A stretch of 64,000 nt of DNA from Candidatus Eiseniibacteriota bacterium (GTDB lineage Bacteria > Eisenbacteria > RBG-16-71-46 > SZUA-252): NCBI GenBank assembly GCA_963703225.1, contig OY969801.1, positions 192,001 to 256,000 on the forward strand, written 5' to 3'. The position numbers were made by a program, and so were the translations under genes. Below, in pieces: positions 39,801 to 47,997 of the stretch (position 1 is the first letter of the stretch; each line of letters begins with the position of its first letter). A model generated the notes under the pieces. It was not told the origin of the DNA. It saw only the letters and a program-made list of their open reading frames with translations, and ran no database searches.

Positions 39801-40348
39801 GCATGGTCCTCCAGCATGCAAATGACCTCGATCTGGGGGGGCACATCACCGATCGCAACAATCGTCCACGCGCTGCCGTCGTATCGGCTCACGCCGCCAT
39901 GATCTCCCCCAGCCCAGAGGTTCCCCAGACGGTCCTCCAGCATGCAGACAACGAGATTGCCTGCAAGTCCGTCGGCGGCGGTAAATGTCTTCCAAGTCGC
40001 GCCGTCGTATCGGGTCACGCCCCCGCCGTAGGTCCCAAACCAGAAGTTCTCAGCGCGATCCTGAAGCATGCATCGGGGAATAAATGGGGGTAACCCGGCT
40101 CGCGAGGTGAAGGTCTGCCAGCGGGCTCGGGCCCCCGAGGGACAGGCGGCGATAGCGATGACGGCCACAGAGCAGAGGAGCCAAAGGTGGCGCCTTCTAC
40201 GCCTCGGACGGTGTGGGCGCAGCGGCGATGGAATCTCAGGACCGCCAACTGGATTCCGGACCATGACCGATTCCCCCAATCGTGCTCGCGCCCCGCGATT
40301 CCCTTCACAGGGATGAAACGGGCGCAAACCGAAAACTGATCGGTTCAC
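36887..40348 (-). CDS. Second secreted beta-propeller protein (15 repeats), paralog of 31883-34966
   Basis: 15 repeats followed by the same EPDRVPP.TVFL...PRVFSP...IYNRAGRLV tail; start may be ATG 40264. Confidence 0.85.
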   Translation of the reverse strand: MNRSVFGLRPFHPCEGNRGARARLGESVMVRNPVGGPEIPSPLRPHRPRRRRRHLWLLCSVAVIAIAACPSGARARWQTFTSRAGLPPFIPRCMLQDRAENFWFGTYGGGVTRYDGATWKTFTAADGLAGNLVVCMLEDRLGNLWAGGDHGGVSRYDGSAWTIVAIGDVPPQIEVICMLEDHAGNLWFGTEGGGVSRYNGVAWTTFTLSDGLASNRVMAIHEDRFGNLWFGTTDGLSRFDGTTWKTFTTADGLAANIIASIFEDRLGRLWLSHYGWDAFADLAGVSRYDGTTWQIITSADGLPTNDVTSILEDRFGNLWFGTFMYGASRFDGRNWQNFRVADGLANEAVLSLLLDQSGNVWFVTYGGVSRFDCSTWKSFTRGSGPTGTIVLSIQEDPSGNIWFGTNDGGLSRYDGATWQNFTPLNGGHVNISVQSFLLDRAGGLWVATAGTVSHYDGSTWSVFTTADGIPSGDANPVLEDHSGKIWALTSLSGVGYYDGTTWRNFTTADGLASNSVTKLVEDRAGHLWFATAASGVSRFDEMGWRTFTAADGLGSDNVAGMLVDRSGNLWFGSDQNIVTRFDGALWHTYTLANGLPAGGWIPMIEDRSGNIWFRPFLTQPGIGVVRFNGSSWTSFNASDGLAGEQVFSIAEDRSGRLWFGALEGGAAAFDGSEWRTVTVADGLASNRVLGVLGDRAGNVWFGTFGAGMTRYEPDRVPPQTVFLSAPPPVSSARNQSALFAAAFGEVEAIEFSYRQDGGPWTEWSRTSNWSLSDAADGIHVLEARSRDFLLNVDPTPARATFEIDATAPAPVVNSPSFGAVVHGAVTIQGTVDDRRLREFQVTVRPAGSATWNPPDATEIARASSPVTSGVLATWSTASFPDGLYDLRVAATDSLGLTGVVQVTAQVDNAFPHADVTAPARVVAATGGDIYTTRSEAHFYFPPHAFREDALVTLAPNPDTAVPDTISSGAVRVLAGYDVGWSAKLLKSARLELALPGGTAAQGTPVVYASMDGATWHRIGGTLVGDPAGHIALALTEAGRYAVFAEGSPPTGGPKTLSTLSFTPRVFSPSGTFADREVAISFALGRPAPVTVKIYNRAGRLVREVVVGLNLGAGANLIRWDGTDRDGRVVEDGLYLVTVEALGHAERAPLAVVK

Positions 40349-40493
40349 GGTGGTGGCTGGCAGAAAAAACTCCTGAGCTTACATATTACTCCTCGGGGTA
40401 CCCGTTTCGGAACGCAACTTCGCTGCCTGGAAGATCGTGACATGCGTGCCTCTAAGCGCTTCCGCCGCGTTGAGATAAAGACCGTCCAAATTT

Positions 40494-40526
40494 GAAGGGG
40501 GCGAGATCTCGCGATCCCGCCCCCCT
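40494..40526 (-). terminator. Terminator-like hairpin nearly identical to the groEL terminator
   Basis: Minus strand GGGGGCGGGATC-GCGA-GATCTCGCCCCC; GNRA loop and a G-U pair orient it on the minus strand; weak U tract. Confidence 0.7.
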
Positions 40527-40695
40527 ATTTCATTTCGCGTCCCGCGGTGAGGGTCGGCTGCGACAGGCTCCCCACCCGACACGGCGACCGCCGCAGGACG
40601 CGCATCGCGCTGACCCCCCACAGGTATGGCGCGACGTAGACTTAGCGCGAATCCGGTCCGCCCTTAAGATCCGCGCCCTTTCATTGGGCTCGTCC
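40494..40695 (-). ncRNA. Candidate structured small RNA or leader RNA (~200 nt)
   Basis: Lies between a sigma-54 motif and a terminator; four consecutive hairpins, three with G-U pairs that work only on the minus strand; no convincing ORF. Confidence 0.5.
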
Positions 40696-40705
40696 TGCAC
40701 AGATC

Positions 40706-40720
40706 GCATGGGTCGTGCCA
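40706..40720 (-). promoter_or_regulatory. Sigma-54 (-24/-12) promoter
   Basis: TGGCACGACCCATGC, one mismatch to TGGCACG-N4-TTGC, exact spacing, intergenic. Confidence 0.6.
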
Positions 40721-40914
40721 TGGCGTTCACCCGACGCGGCGAACACATGAAGTCGTTATCTATCTTGGGATTTCCAAGTGCGGTCTAGAGAGGCGCAACG
40801 GGGAGGCGGTGCGGAGATTCCACATTTTTGTCGTCCAGCTTCGTCGAACCACCTCAGCCGACGCCGGCGGTACCCCGCTGAGGCGATTTCTGGAACGCCT
40901 CCACCGGCCCCAGG

Positions 40915-41823
40915 TCATGCCATGGCACGAAACGCCTCCTCGACCATGTCGGCGTGGATCCCAACCGTGTCGGTCACGTCGCGGGCATAGCCGCCCGCCA
41001 GGAAACAGACGACCGGGGTCGTACCTTTCGCGCAGGCTTCGAACACGAGACGGTCCCGACGCCGCAGATCCTCTCGCGTCAGGCGAAGCCTGCCGAGCTG
41101 GTCCTCCTCGAACGGGTCGGCCCCGGCGACGTAAGCGACGAGATCGGGGCGATGCTGACTCAGGATCTTCGGGACCCACTCTCCGAGCGCCGCGAGGTAT
41201 GTCGCTCCATCCGCGCCGGTTTCGAGCCCGATGTCGCGATCGCTGGGCGGCTTGATCGCCGGGTAGTTGCTCTCCTCGTGGATCGAGAACGTGAAGACCG
41301 ACGGATCTTCGCGGAAGATGGCGGCAGTTCCGTTTCCCTGGTGCACGTCGACATCGATCACCGCCGCGCGGCGGATCTTCTTCTGGTGCTGAAGATCGCG
41401 AATCGAGATCGCGATGTCGTTGAAGACGCAAAACCCCTCGCCGTGATCGGCGAACGCGTGGTGGAAGCCTCCGGCCAGGTTGATCCCGGCGCCGCGCTCG
41501 ACGGCCGATTCCGCCGCGAGAATGCTCCCGCCCGCTCCCAGAAACGACGCTTCCACCAGCTCCTTCGAGTAGGGCAGCTCGAGGATCGCCACCTCCAACG
41601 CGGAGAGCGTCCCCCGGGTGAGCTTGTCGACGTAGGCGCGGTCGTGGACTCGGAGCACCTGCTCCGTCGTCGCGGGCTTCGGCTCCAAGAACTCGTCCTC
41701 GCGCACCAATCTTCGCCGGACGATCTCATCGCGCACCATTCGGAACTTGCGCGTGGGAAAAACATGCGCGCCAATGTCGTAGTAATAGCGCTCCGAGTAG
41801 ACGACCGCGGGACGAGCCTTCAC
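40915..41823 (-). CDS. Histone-deacetylase-family (HDAC11-like) amidohydrolase
   Basis: GGFHHA, GFCVFND, IDVDVHQGNGT, AGADP...DQLG, AGGY; GTG start at 41823 after GGTGAAG. Confidence 0.93.
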   Translation of the reverse strand: MKARPAVVYSERYYYDIGAHVFPTRKFRMVRDEIVRRRLVREDEFLEPKPATTEQVLRVHDRAYVDKLTRGTLSALEVAILELPYSKELVEASFLGAGGSILAAESAVERGAGINLAGGFHHAFADHGEGFCVFNDIAISIRDLQHQKKIRRAAVIDVDVHQGNGTAAIFREDPSVFTFSIHEESNYPAIKPPSDRDIGLETGADGATYLAALGEWVPKILSQHRPDLVAYVAGADPFEEDQLGRLRLTREDLRRRDRLVFEACAKGTTPVVCFLAGGYARDVTDTVGIHADMVEEAFRAMA

Positions 41824-41827
41824 GTCT

Positions 41828-42682
41828 TCACCGGACGAGTCGGCGAAACAGCGTGACGAGGCCCGCGTCCCACCAGACCAGGGCCAACACGGATGTGGCC
41901 GCGGTCCACGCCGCGGAAAGGATCGAGCCGAGATGACCACCGCGAGGCAGGAAGGCGGTGCCCCACCGAATCGCGGGGGGGGGCACCATGATCAGCCCCA
42001 AGAGGACTGCCCAGAAAGCCAATACCGCGAGAAATCGGCTCCACTCCCGGCCGCCACGGCTAACGACCAGGGAGATGCTCAATCCGATGGACCGAATCGG
42101 TCCGCGGTTCTCGAAGATGAGAAACGGCCAGGCAAAGAGAAGGAAGAGAGACGTCACGATGAGCCACGCAAGCGAGCGCCAGGCGGCCCGCCAAATCGCA
42201 GCCCAGAGCATCGCAGCGAGCTTCTCCGGCTCGGCGGCGCCGCCGGCCTCGACCACCGGAGCCACGACCGGGGCGACGCTTGCGATGAGGAAGAGGATCG
42301 GCGGCCCCATGATGATCGCTCCCTGCACGATCCCAGACACCGTCAGCGGAAAGGTCTTCTTGGCGAGAATCGCGGTCGCGCGCATAGGGCCGATCGCTTG
42401 GCCCCGCACAATCCCGTCCTGGATTGGGAGGAGGAGCAGGGAGACCATCGCGAGGATGGCGACGTCGAGAAGCATCAGCTCCGATGCGGCAAGCCCCGCC
42501 AAGGCCTGGGACGGGTCGAGGGCCGCGCCCCCGCCACTCGGTATCGTCGCGAGCACCGTGCGCGCGATGAAATCAAACACCGCCGTCGCCACGAGAATCC
42601 ACGCGACCGGGCGAAGCGAGCTCCGGCCCAGCGCGATCGAGTCTTCGAGTGTCTCGAACGCCGCGGAGGTCGCGCTCCCCAC
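41828..42682 (-). CDS. Integral membrane protein, unknown function
   Basis: About six hydrophobic segments; ENRGPIRSIGLSISLV motif shared with the neighbour. Confidence 0.7.
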   Translation of the reverse strand: MGSATSAAFETLEDSIALGRSSLRPVAWILVATAVFDFIARTVLATIPSGGGAALDPSQALAGLAASELMLLDVAILAMVSLLLLPIQDGIVRGQAIGPMRATAILAKKTFPLTVSGIVQGAIIMGPPILFLIASVAPVVAPVVEAGGAAEPEKLAAMLWAAIWRAAWRSLAWLIVTSLFLLFAWPFLIFENRGPIRSIGLSISLVVSRGGREWSRFLAVLAFWAVLLGLIMVPPPAIRWGTAFLPRGGHLGSILSAAWTAATSVLALVWWDAGLVTLFRRLVR

Positions 42683-42688
42683 GTCGGG

Positions 42689-43630
42689 CTACTCGAAGCG
42701 GAAGGGGCTGGTGGTGGGTGGAGGTTCCTCGCCCGGGACGCGGACGCCGGCCACGCCCACCGGCGCCCCAGCCGCGGAAACCGAGGAGCGAAAGAGCACC
42801 ATCAACGCGGCGACGCTGAAGGGGAACAGGACGGCCGACACGGCCGCGCTCCATATCGCCCGCGAGATGCGAATCGCGGGATGATCGACGTCCGCCGCGG
42901 CGGACCACGCCTGGACAATGGCTTCAGGCATGGAGAGCGCGATCGCAGCGAGCGTGAGGAGGCAGAAGAAGATGAACAGTCGGCCGAAAATTCCCCCGAA
43001 TTGTCGCCCGACCAGGGCGAAGCTCAGGCGGATCGAGGAGAGGGGCCCGCGCCGCTCCAGCACGAGCAGAGGAATGGCGTAGATCAAGAAGAACCCGATG
43101 ATGGCCACCCAGAGAAGACACGGCACCAGGGTCGCCAGAAGAGCCAGCCGTCCCAACTCCTCCTGCTTCGTGGGTATGGCGCTGATGAACAATACGACTC
43201 CGCCCAGGATCAGCGTGGGTGGGCCGAACGCCAGGACGACCTGAGCGATGACCGAGATCACGAACGCGACCAGCCGCTCCAGGACCATCCGGACGCAGTC
43301 CAGGAACGATCGGCGCTCACCGCGAAGGACCGAATCTTGGAGCGGCAGGAACGGCGTGTAGATCAGGACGAGCATCGGGAGGTATGCCGCGATCTCCATC
43401 GCCATCGACATGACGAATGCCTTGCTGTCGTACGAGCCGAGTGGGGAAGAGGCGTCGGTGGAGAACGCGAGGAAAAGCTCCATGCCGAGGCGGTAGAAGT
43501 AGAGGAACCCCAGCGCGGGCAGGGCGAGCCGCATCGAGCCGAGCCCGAGCGCCACGACCGCGCGCAGATACGTGCCGAGCGAAGGAAGTCCGGGGCGGCC
43601 CAACGGTGGGACGGTTCCTTCCAGACCCAT
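42689..43630 (-). CDS. Integral membrane protein, paralog of 41828-42682
   Basis: LPLQDSVLRG vs LPIQDGIVRG; ERRGPLSSIRLSFALV. Confidence 0.75.
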   Translation of the reverse strand: MGLEGTVPPLGRPGLPSLGTYLRAVVALGLGSMRLALPALGFLYFYRLGMELFLAFSTDASSPLGSYDSKAFVMSMAMEIAAYLPMLVLIYTPFLPLQDSVLRGERRSFLDCVRMVLERLVAFVISVIAQVVLAFGPPTLILGGVVLFISAIPTKQEELGRLALLATLVPCLLWVAIIGFFLIYAIPLLVLERRGPLSSIRLSFALVGRQFGGIFGRLFIFFCLLTLAAIALSMPEAIVQAWSAAADVDHPAIRISRAIWSAAVSAVLFPFSVAALMVLFRSSVSAAGAPVGVAGVRVPGEEPPPTTSPFRFE

Positions 43631-43695
43631 GGGGGCGCATTGTACTCCCGCGCCCTGTGGTCCCCAAAGGAGTCTTGGGGTAGAGTGGCCCGCGC

Positions 43696-45054
43696 ATGAA
43701 TCTACCGGCGGCCTTCTCCAGAATCGCGGTCGCGCTCAACGATTGGACGCAGCGTTGGGTCCCCGGCGCGTTCTCCATCGCGTGGATCCTGACCCTCCTG
43801 GTGGTCGGGCTCGGCGTGACCATTGGGCACGCATCCCTCGTCGACTGCGTTCGCTCCTGGGGCGACGGCTTCTGGGAGCTGCTGCCGTTCTCGATGCAGA
43901 TGTGCCTGGTCATGGTTACCGGCAGCATCGTCGCGGTCTCGCCGCCCGTCGCGCGGCTGCTGGCCCGCCTCGCCGCGCTGCCGCGGACGCCCCGGCAGTC
44001 GATCCTCCTCATGTCGCTCGTCTCCATGCTTCTGGCGCTGTTCCACTGGGGGCTGAGCATCGTGGGGAGCGCCGTGCTCGTGCGCGAAATCGGCCGGCGG
44101 CGAAGCGACGTGGACTTTCGCCTTCTCGTGGCGGCGGCCTATCTCGGTATGGGGACCACATGGCACGCGGGGCTCTCGGCCTCGGCTCCACTCCTCGTCG
44201 CGACGCCGGGCCATTTCATGGAATCGACGATCGGCCTGATCCCGGTCCGCGACACGCTCTTCGCGCCGTTCAACTTGATCCTCGTCGCCATCGTGGTGGT
44301 CGTCTTCGCCGTGGTGACACCGTTTCTGCACCCGCCGCGAGAGCGGACCGTGACGGTTGGGCCCGCCCAGCTCACCGCCATCGAGATGTACAGACCCCCC
44401 ACGCGTCCCTCCGGGGCCGAGGGGATGGCCCCGGCGGTTCGGCTTGAGTTCTCACCCTGGGTCAACTGGAGCTTTGGCGTCCTCGCCCTCGTCTGGCTCG
44501 GCTCCTACATGGCTCGCCCCACGCATCCGGTCACGCTCAATGTCCTCAACTTCACGATGATGGGGCTTGCGATCGCGCTCCATCCATCGGCGGCGTCGCT
44601 CGTGGCGGCCGCGGAGGACGCGGGCAAGCTCGTCTTTGGAATCATTCTCCAGTTCCCGCTCTACGCGGGGATCTACGGCATCATCCAGTCGACCCATCTC
44701 GCCCAGACGCTCGCCAACGCGTTCGTGGGCATCGCGAGCACGTCGACCTATCCGCTCATCGTCTACTGGTACTCCGGCATCGTGAACTACTTCGTCCCGT
44801 CGGGAGGCTCCAAGTGGGCGATCGAGGCCCCGTACGTCCTCTCCGCGGGGAAGATGCTCGGCGTCCCGGCCGCGAAGGTGGTAACCGCGTACGCGTGGGG
44901 TGACATGATGACCGACATCATCCAGCCGTTTTGGGCGATCCCGCTGCTCGCGGCCGCCAAGCTCGACTTTCGCGAGATCCTCGGCTTCTGCATGATCCTC
45001 TTCTGCGTCTACGTCCCGATCGTCTCCCTCGCGTTCCTCCTCTTCCCACGCTAA
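43696..45054 (+). CDS. atoE: Short-chain fatty acid transporter, AtoE family
   Basis: WGDGFWELLPFSMQM, WHAGLSASAPL, QFPLYAGI, VPSGGSKW, IQPFWAIPLL. Confidence 0.9.
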   Translation: MNLPAAFSRIAVALNDWTQRWVPGAFSIAWILTLLVVGLGVTIGHASLVDCVRSWGDGFWELLPFSMQMCLVMVTGSIVAVSPPVARLLARLAALPRTPRQSILLMSLVSMLLALFHWGLSIVGSAVLVREIGRRRSDVDFRLLVAAAYLGMGTTWHAGLSASAPLLVATPGHFMESTIGLIPVRDTLFAPFNLILVAIVVVVFAVVTPFLHPPRERTVTVGPAQLTAIEMYRPPTRPSGAEGMAPAVRLEFSPWVNWSFGVLALVWLGSYMARPTHPVTLNVLNFTMMGLAIALHPSAASLVAAAEDAGKLVFGIILQFPLYAGIYGIIQSTHLAQTLANAFVGIASTSTYPLIVYWYSGIVNYFVPSGGSKWAIEAPYVLSAGKMLGVPAAKVVTAYAWGDMMTDIIQPFWAIPLLAAAKLDFREILGFCMILFCVYVPIVSLAFLLFPR

Positions 45055-45082
45055 ACTCGACGGTGCGCTCCGGCGCGCCGCC

Positions 45083-47986
45083 ATGATCCCCGAGACCGCC
45101 ACACTCTCCTCACGCGAAGAACTAGCGCTCGATCAGGAGCAGCAGACCGCCGTCGAGCACGGGGAAGGCCCGCTCTTGATCGTCGCCGGCGCCGGGACGG
45201 GCAAGACCACGGTCATCGCGAGGCGGATCGCCCACCTGATCGCGACCAAGCAAGCCCGGCCCTCCCAGATTCTCGCGCTCACGTTCAATGACAAGGCCTC
45301 GGACGAGATGCAGGAGAGGGTCGATCTCCTCGTCCCTTACGGGTACGCCGACGTGACGATCCGGACGTTTCACGCGTTCGGCGAGGAGGTGTTGGCCGGG
45401 CACGGCATGGAGATCGGCATCGCGCCGGGATTCACTGTGCTCGACCGGACGGCACAGGCCTTATTCCTCGCGGAGCGCCTCGACCAGCTCGGCCTCGATC
45501 GCTACGCGCCCCTCTCCGATCCGACTCGATACCTCTTCGAGCTGGCGACCTACTTCAGCCGCGCCAAGGACGAACCGCTCTGGCCCGACGATCTCCGGAG
45601 GGCCGCCGAGTCGCTCGATGGCGACGAGGGGGAACGGGCGCTGGAGCTGGCCGGTGCCTACGAGCGCTACAACGAGCTTCTCTGGAAGGGCGGCTTCCTC
45701 GACTTCGGCGACCTCCTCGCGCTGACCCTCCGACTCTTCGAGGTGAGCCCCGGGACGCTCCAGCGGTTCCAGGAGCGCTTCCTCCACGTCCTGGTCGACG
45801 AGTTCCAGGACACCAATCCGGTCCAGTTCAAGATCGTCCGCCGCCTCACCGAGGCCAGGGGAAATCTGGTCGTGGTGGGGGACGACGATCAGTCGATCTA
45901 TCGATTCCGCGGCGCGCACCTGAAGAACATCCTCGAGTTTCGCGAGCACTTCCCCAACACGCGGGAAATCGTGCTCCGAGAGAATTACCGGAGCACCCGC
46001 CAGATCCTCGAGGTCTCGCGGAGGCTGATCCAGGTGAACAAGGAGCGACTCGAGACCCGGTACGGGATCGTCAAGACGCTGAAGACCGAGAAATCGGGTG
46101 CGCCGCCGAGCTTCCGCGAGTTCGCCACAGAGAGTGAGGAAGCGGAGTGGGTTTCGGGGGAGATCGCGGCCGCGGTCTCGGAGGGTCGGCGGCGGTGGCG
46201 GGACTTCGCGATCCTCGTGAGGACGAATCGCCAGGCGGAGCCGTTCCTGCGCGCGCTCGACGAGCGCGGCGTCCCGTTCCACTTCTCCGGAAGCCGCGGG
46301 CTCTTCCAGCGTCCCGAGGTGAAGGAGCTGGTGGCGCTCCTCCATTCGCTCTTCCAGGAGACGCGGCCGGAGTACCTCTATCTCCTCGCCGCCGAAGCCT
46401 ACGGCGTGCCCGAGGACGACCTCTCCCGCCTCGTGCATCGCTTGCGCGTGGAGCCGGGCCGATTCCGGTCGCTCTTGGAGCGCGCGGCGCAGGGCCGCGG
46501 AGAGGTTCCCATTAGCGACGAGGGACGCGAGCGTCTTGGGAGGATGGTCGAGGACCTCCGCGATCTCCGAGAGTTCGCGCGCGGACGGCGCACGGGCGAG
46601 GTCCTCTACCGCTACCTCGAGCGCCGGGGGCTCCTTCAGGAGCTGGTCGCCTCGCGGCGATTCGAGGACGAAGCCCGCGCCCGAAACATCGTCAAGTTCT
46701 TCTCGATCATCCGCTCCTTTGAGAAGGTGGCCCTCTCCGATCGGGTCGCCCTCTTTCTCATGCACCTGGACGCGATCCAGGAGTATGGGGAGGACCCCGC
46801 CGTCGCGGACATCGACGCCGCCTCCGACGTGGTCCAGGTGCTCACCGTCCACAAGGCGAAGGGATTGGAGTTTCCGGTCGTCTATCTGGTTCAGCTCGCG
46901 GCCGACCGCTTTCCCACCCGATACAGGAGCCAGGGGCTCGAGCTCCCGGTCGAGAGCGCGCCCGGTGAGTTTTCCGAAAGCGAGTCCCACCGCGAGGAGG
47001 AGCGCCGGCTCTGCTACGTCGCGCTCACCCGCGCGCGCGAAGAGCTGATCACGACCTACGCGCGCGACTACGGCGGGACGAGCGGGCGCGATCGGAGGCC
47101 GAGCATCTTCCTCTTGGAGGCGTTCGATCTGGGGAAGCCCGTTCCGGCGCGACAGCGCCGCCGGGTCCTCGAGGAGCTGGAGGAGCACCGCCCGGAGGAG
47201 CGAGGGGAGACTCCCGAACCGACCGCGGTCCCGCCGCGCGAGCCGCTCCAGCTCAGCTTCCGACGCCTTGAAGACTACGAGACCTGCCCGCTCAAGTACC
47301 GCTTCCTCCACGACCTCTCCGTCGAGCCAATCCTCACGAGCGACCATCGGGTCAATTTCGGGAGCGCCGTTCACCAATCGGTCGCCTTCGCGCTCGGCGG
47401 CCGTGCGCGCGGGGAGAGCCCGAGCTTCGAGGAGATGATCGAGGTCTTTCGCCGCGCCTGGCGGAGCGAGGGGTACCGCTCGGAGGAGCACGAGCGGAGG
47501 CGGTTCGAGCAGGGACGGGATGCGCTCCAGGCGTTCTACGAGCGTGAGGTTGCCGCGGGGCCGGCCCCGACCGAAGTGGAGCGCCACTTCCGCGTCAAGC
47601 TCCAGGGAGTGGTCGTCACCGGGAGCATCGATCGCATCGACGAAGGACCGGACAGCGTCGTTCTGATTGATTACAAGACGTCCGAGATCGACGATCCCAG
47701 CGAGGCCGATGACAAGGCGGAGGAGAGCTTGCAGCTCTTGGTCTACGCGCTGGCCTACCAGGAATTGAACGGCCACGCGCCCGATCGCCTGGAGCTCCGC
47801 TACGTGCTGACCGGCGAGGTCGGAACCACGACGCCGAGCGAGGCGCGCCTCGAGAAGACGCGGGCGCGGATCCGGTCGATCGCCGATTCCATCCGAGCCG
47901 GAAATTTCGAGGCGCGGCCGAGTGAGCGGACCTGCTCGATTTGCGCGTGCAGGCCGATCTGCAAGGAGTCGGCGGTGCCGATCTAG
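45083..47986 (+). CDS. UvrD/PcrA-type SF1 helicase fused to a PD-(D/E)XK nuclease with a four-Cys motif
   Basis: AGAGTGKT, VDEFQD, GDDDQSIYRFRGA, HKAKGLEF, YVALTRA; CPLKY...IDRID...IDYKT...CSICACRPIC. Confidence 0.93.
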   Translation: MIPETATLSSREELALDQEQQTAVEHGEGPLLIVAGAGTGKTTVIARRIAHLIATKQARPSQILALTFNDKASDEMQERVDLLVPYGYADVTIRTFHAFGEEVLAGHGMEIGIAPGFTVLDRTAQALFLAERLDQLGLDRYAPLSDPTRYLFELATYFSRAKDEPLWPDDLRRAAESLDGDEGERALELAGAYERYNELLWKGGFLDFGDLLALTLRLFEVSPGTLQRFQERFLHVLVDEFQDTNPVQFKIVRRLTEARGNLVVVGDDDQSIYRFRGAHLKNILEFREHFPNTREIVLRENYRSTRQILEVSRRLIQVNKERLETRYGIVKTLKTEKSGAPPSFREFATESEEAEWVSGEIAAAVSEGRRRWRDFAILVRTNRQAEPFLRALDERGVPFHFSGSRGLFQRPEVKELVALLHSLFQETRPEYLYLLAAEAYGVPEDDLSRLVHRLRVEPGRFRSLLERAAQGRGEVPISDEGRERLGRMVEDLRDLREFARGRRTGEVLYRYLERRGLLQELVASRRFEDEARARNIVKFFSIIRSFEKVALSDRVALFLMHLDAIQEYGEDPAVADIDAASDVVQVLTVHKAKGLEFPVVYLVQLAADRFPTRYRSQGLELPVESAPGEFSESESHREEERRLCYVALTRAREELITTYARDYGGTSGRDRRPSIFLLEAFDLGKPVPARQRRRVLEELEEHRPEERGETPEPTAVPPREPLQLSFRRLEDYETCPLKYRFLHDLSVEPILTSDHRVNFGSAVHQSVAFALGGRARGESPSFEEMIEVFRRAWRSEGYRSEEHERRRFEQGRDALQAFYEREVAAGPAPTEVERHFRVKLQGVVVTGSIDRIDEGPDSVVLIDYKTSEIDDPSEADDKAEESLQLLVYALAYQELNGHAPDRLELRYVLTGEVGTTTPSEARLEKTRARIRSIADSIRAGNFEARPSERTCSICACRPICKESAVPI

Positions 47987-47997
47987 AGGAGGTCAAG

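Noticed and set aside
40379..40788. Short ORFs 40379-40621, 40492-40788 and 40530-40748
   Set aside because: Arg/Pro/Ala-rich with no recognisable motifs; two run through the terminator hairpin.
40922..40938. Another TGGCACG sigma-54-like site
   Set aside because: It lacks GC at -12 and lies inside the HDAC gene.
47250..47986. Cas4 gene
   Set aside because: The Cys-bracketed nuclease is the fused tail of a UvrD helicase, with no CRISPR context.
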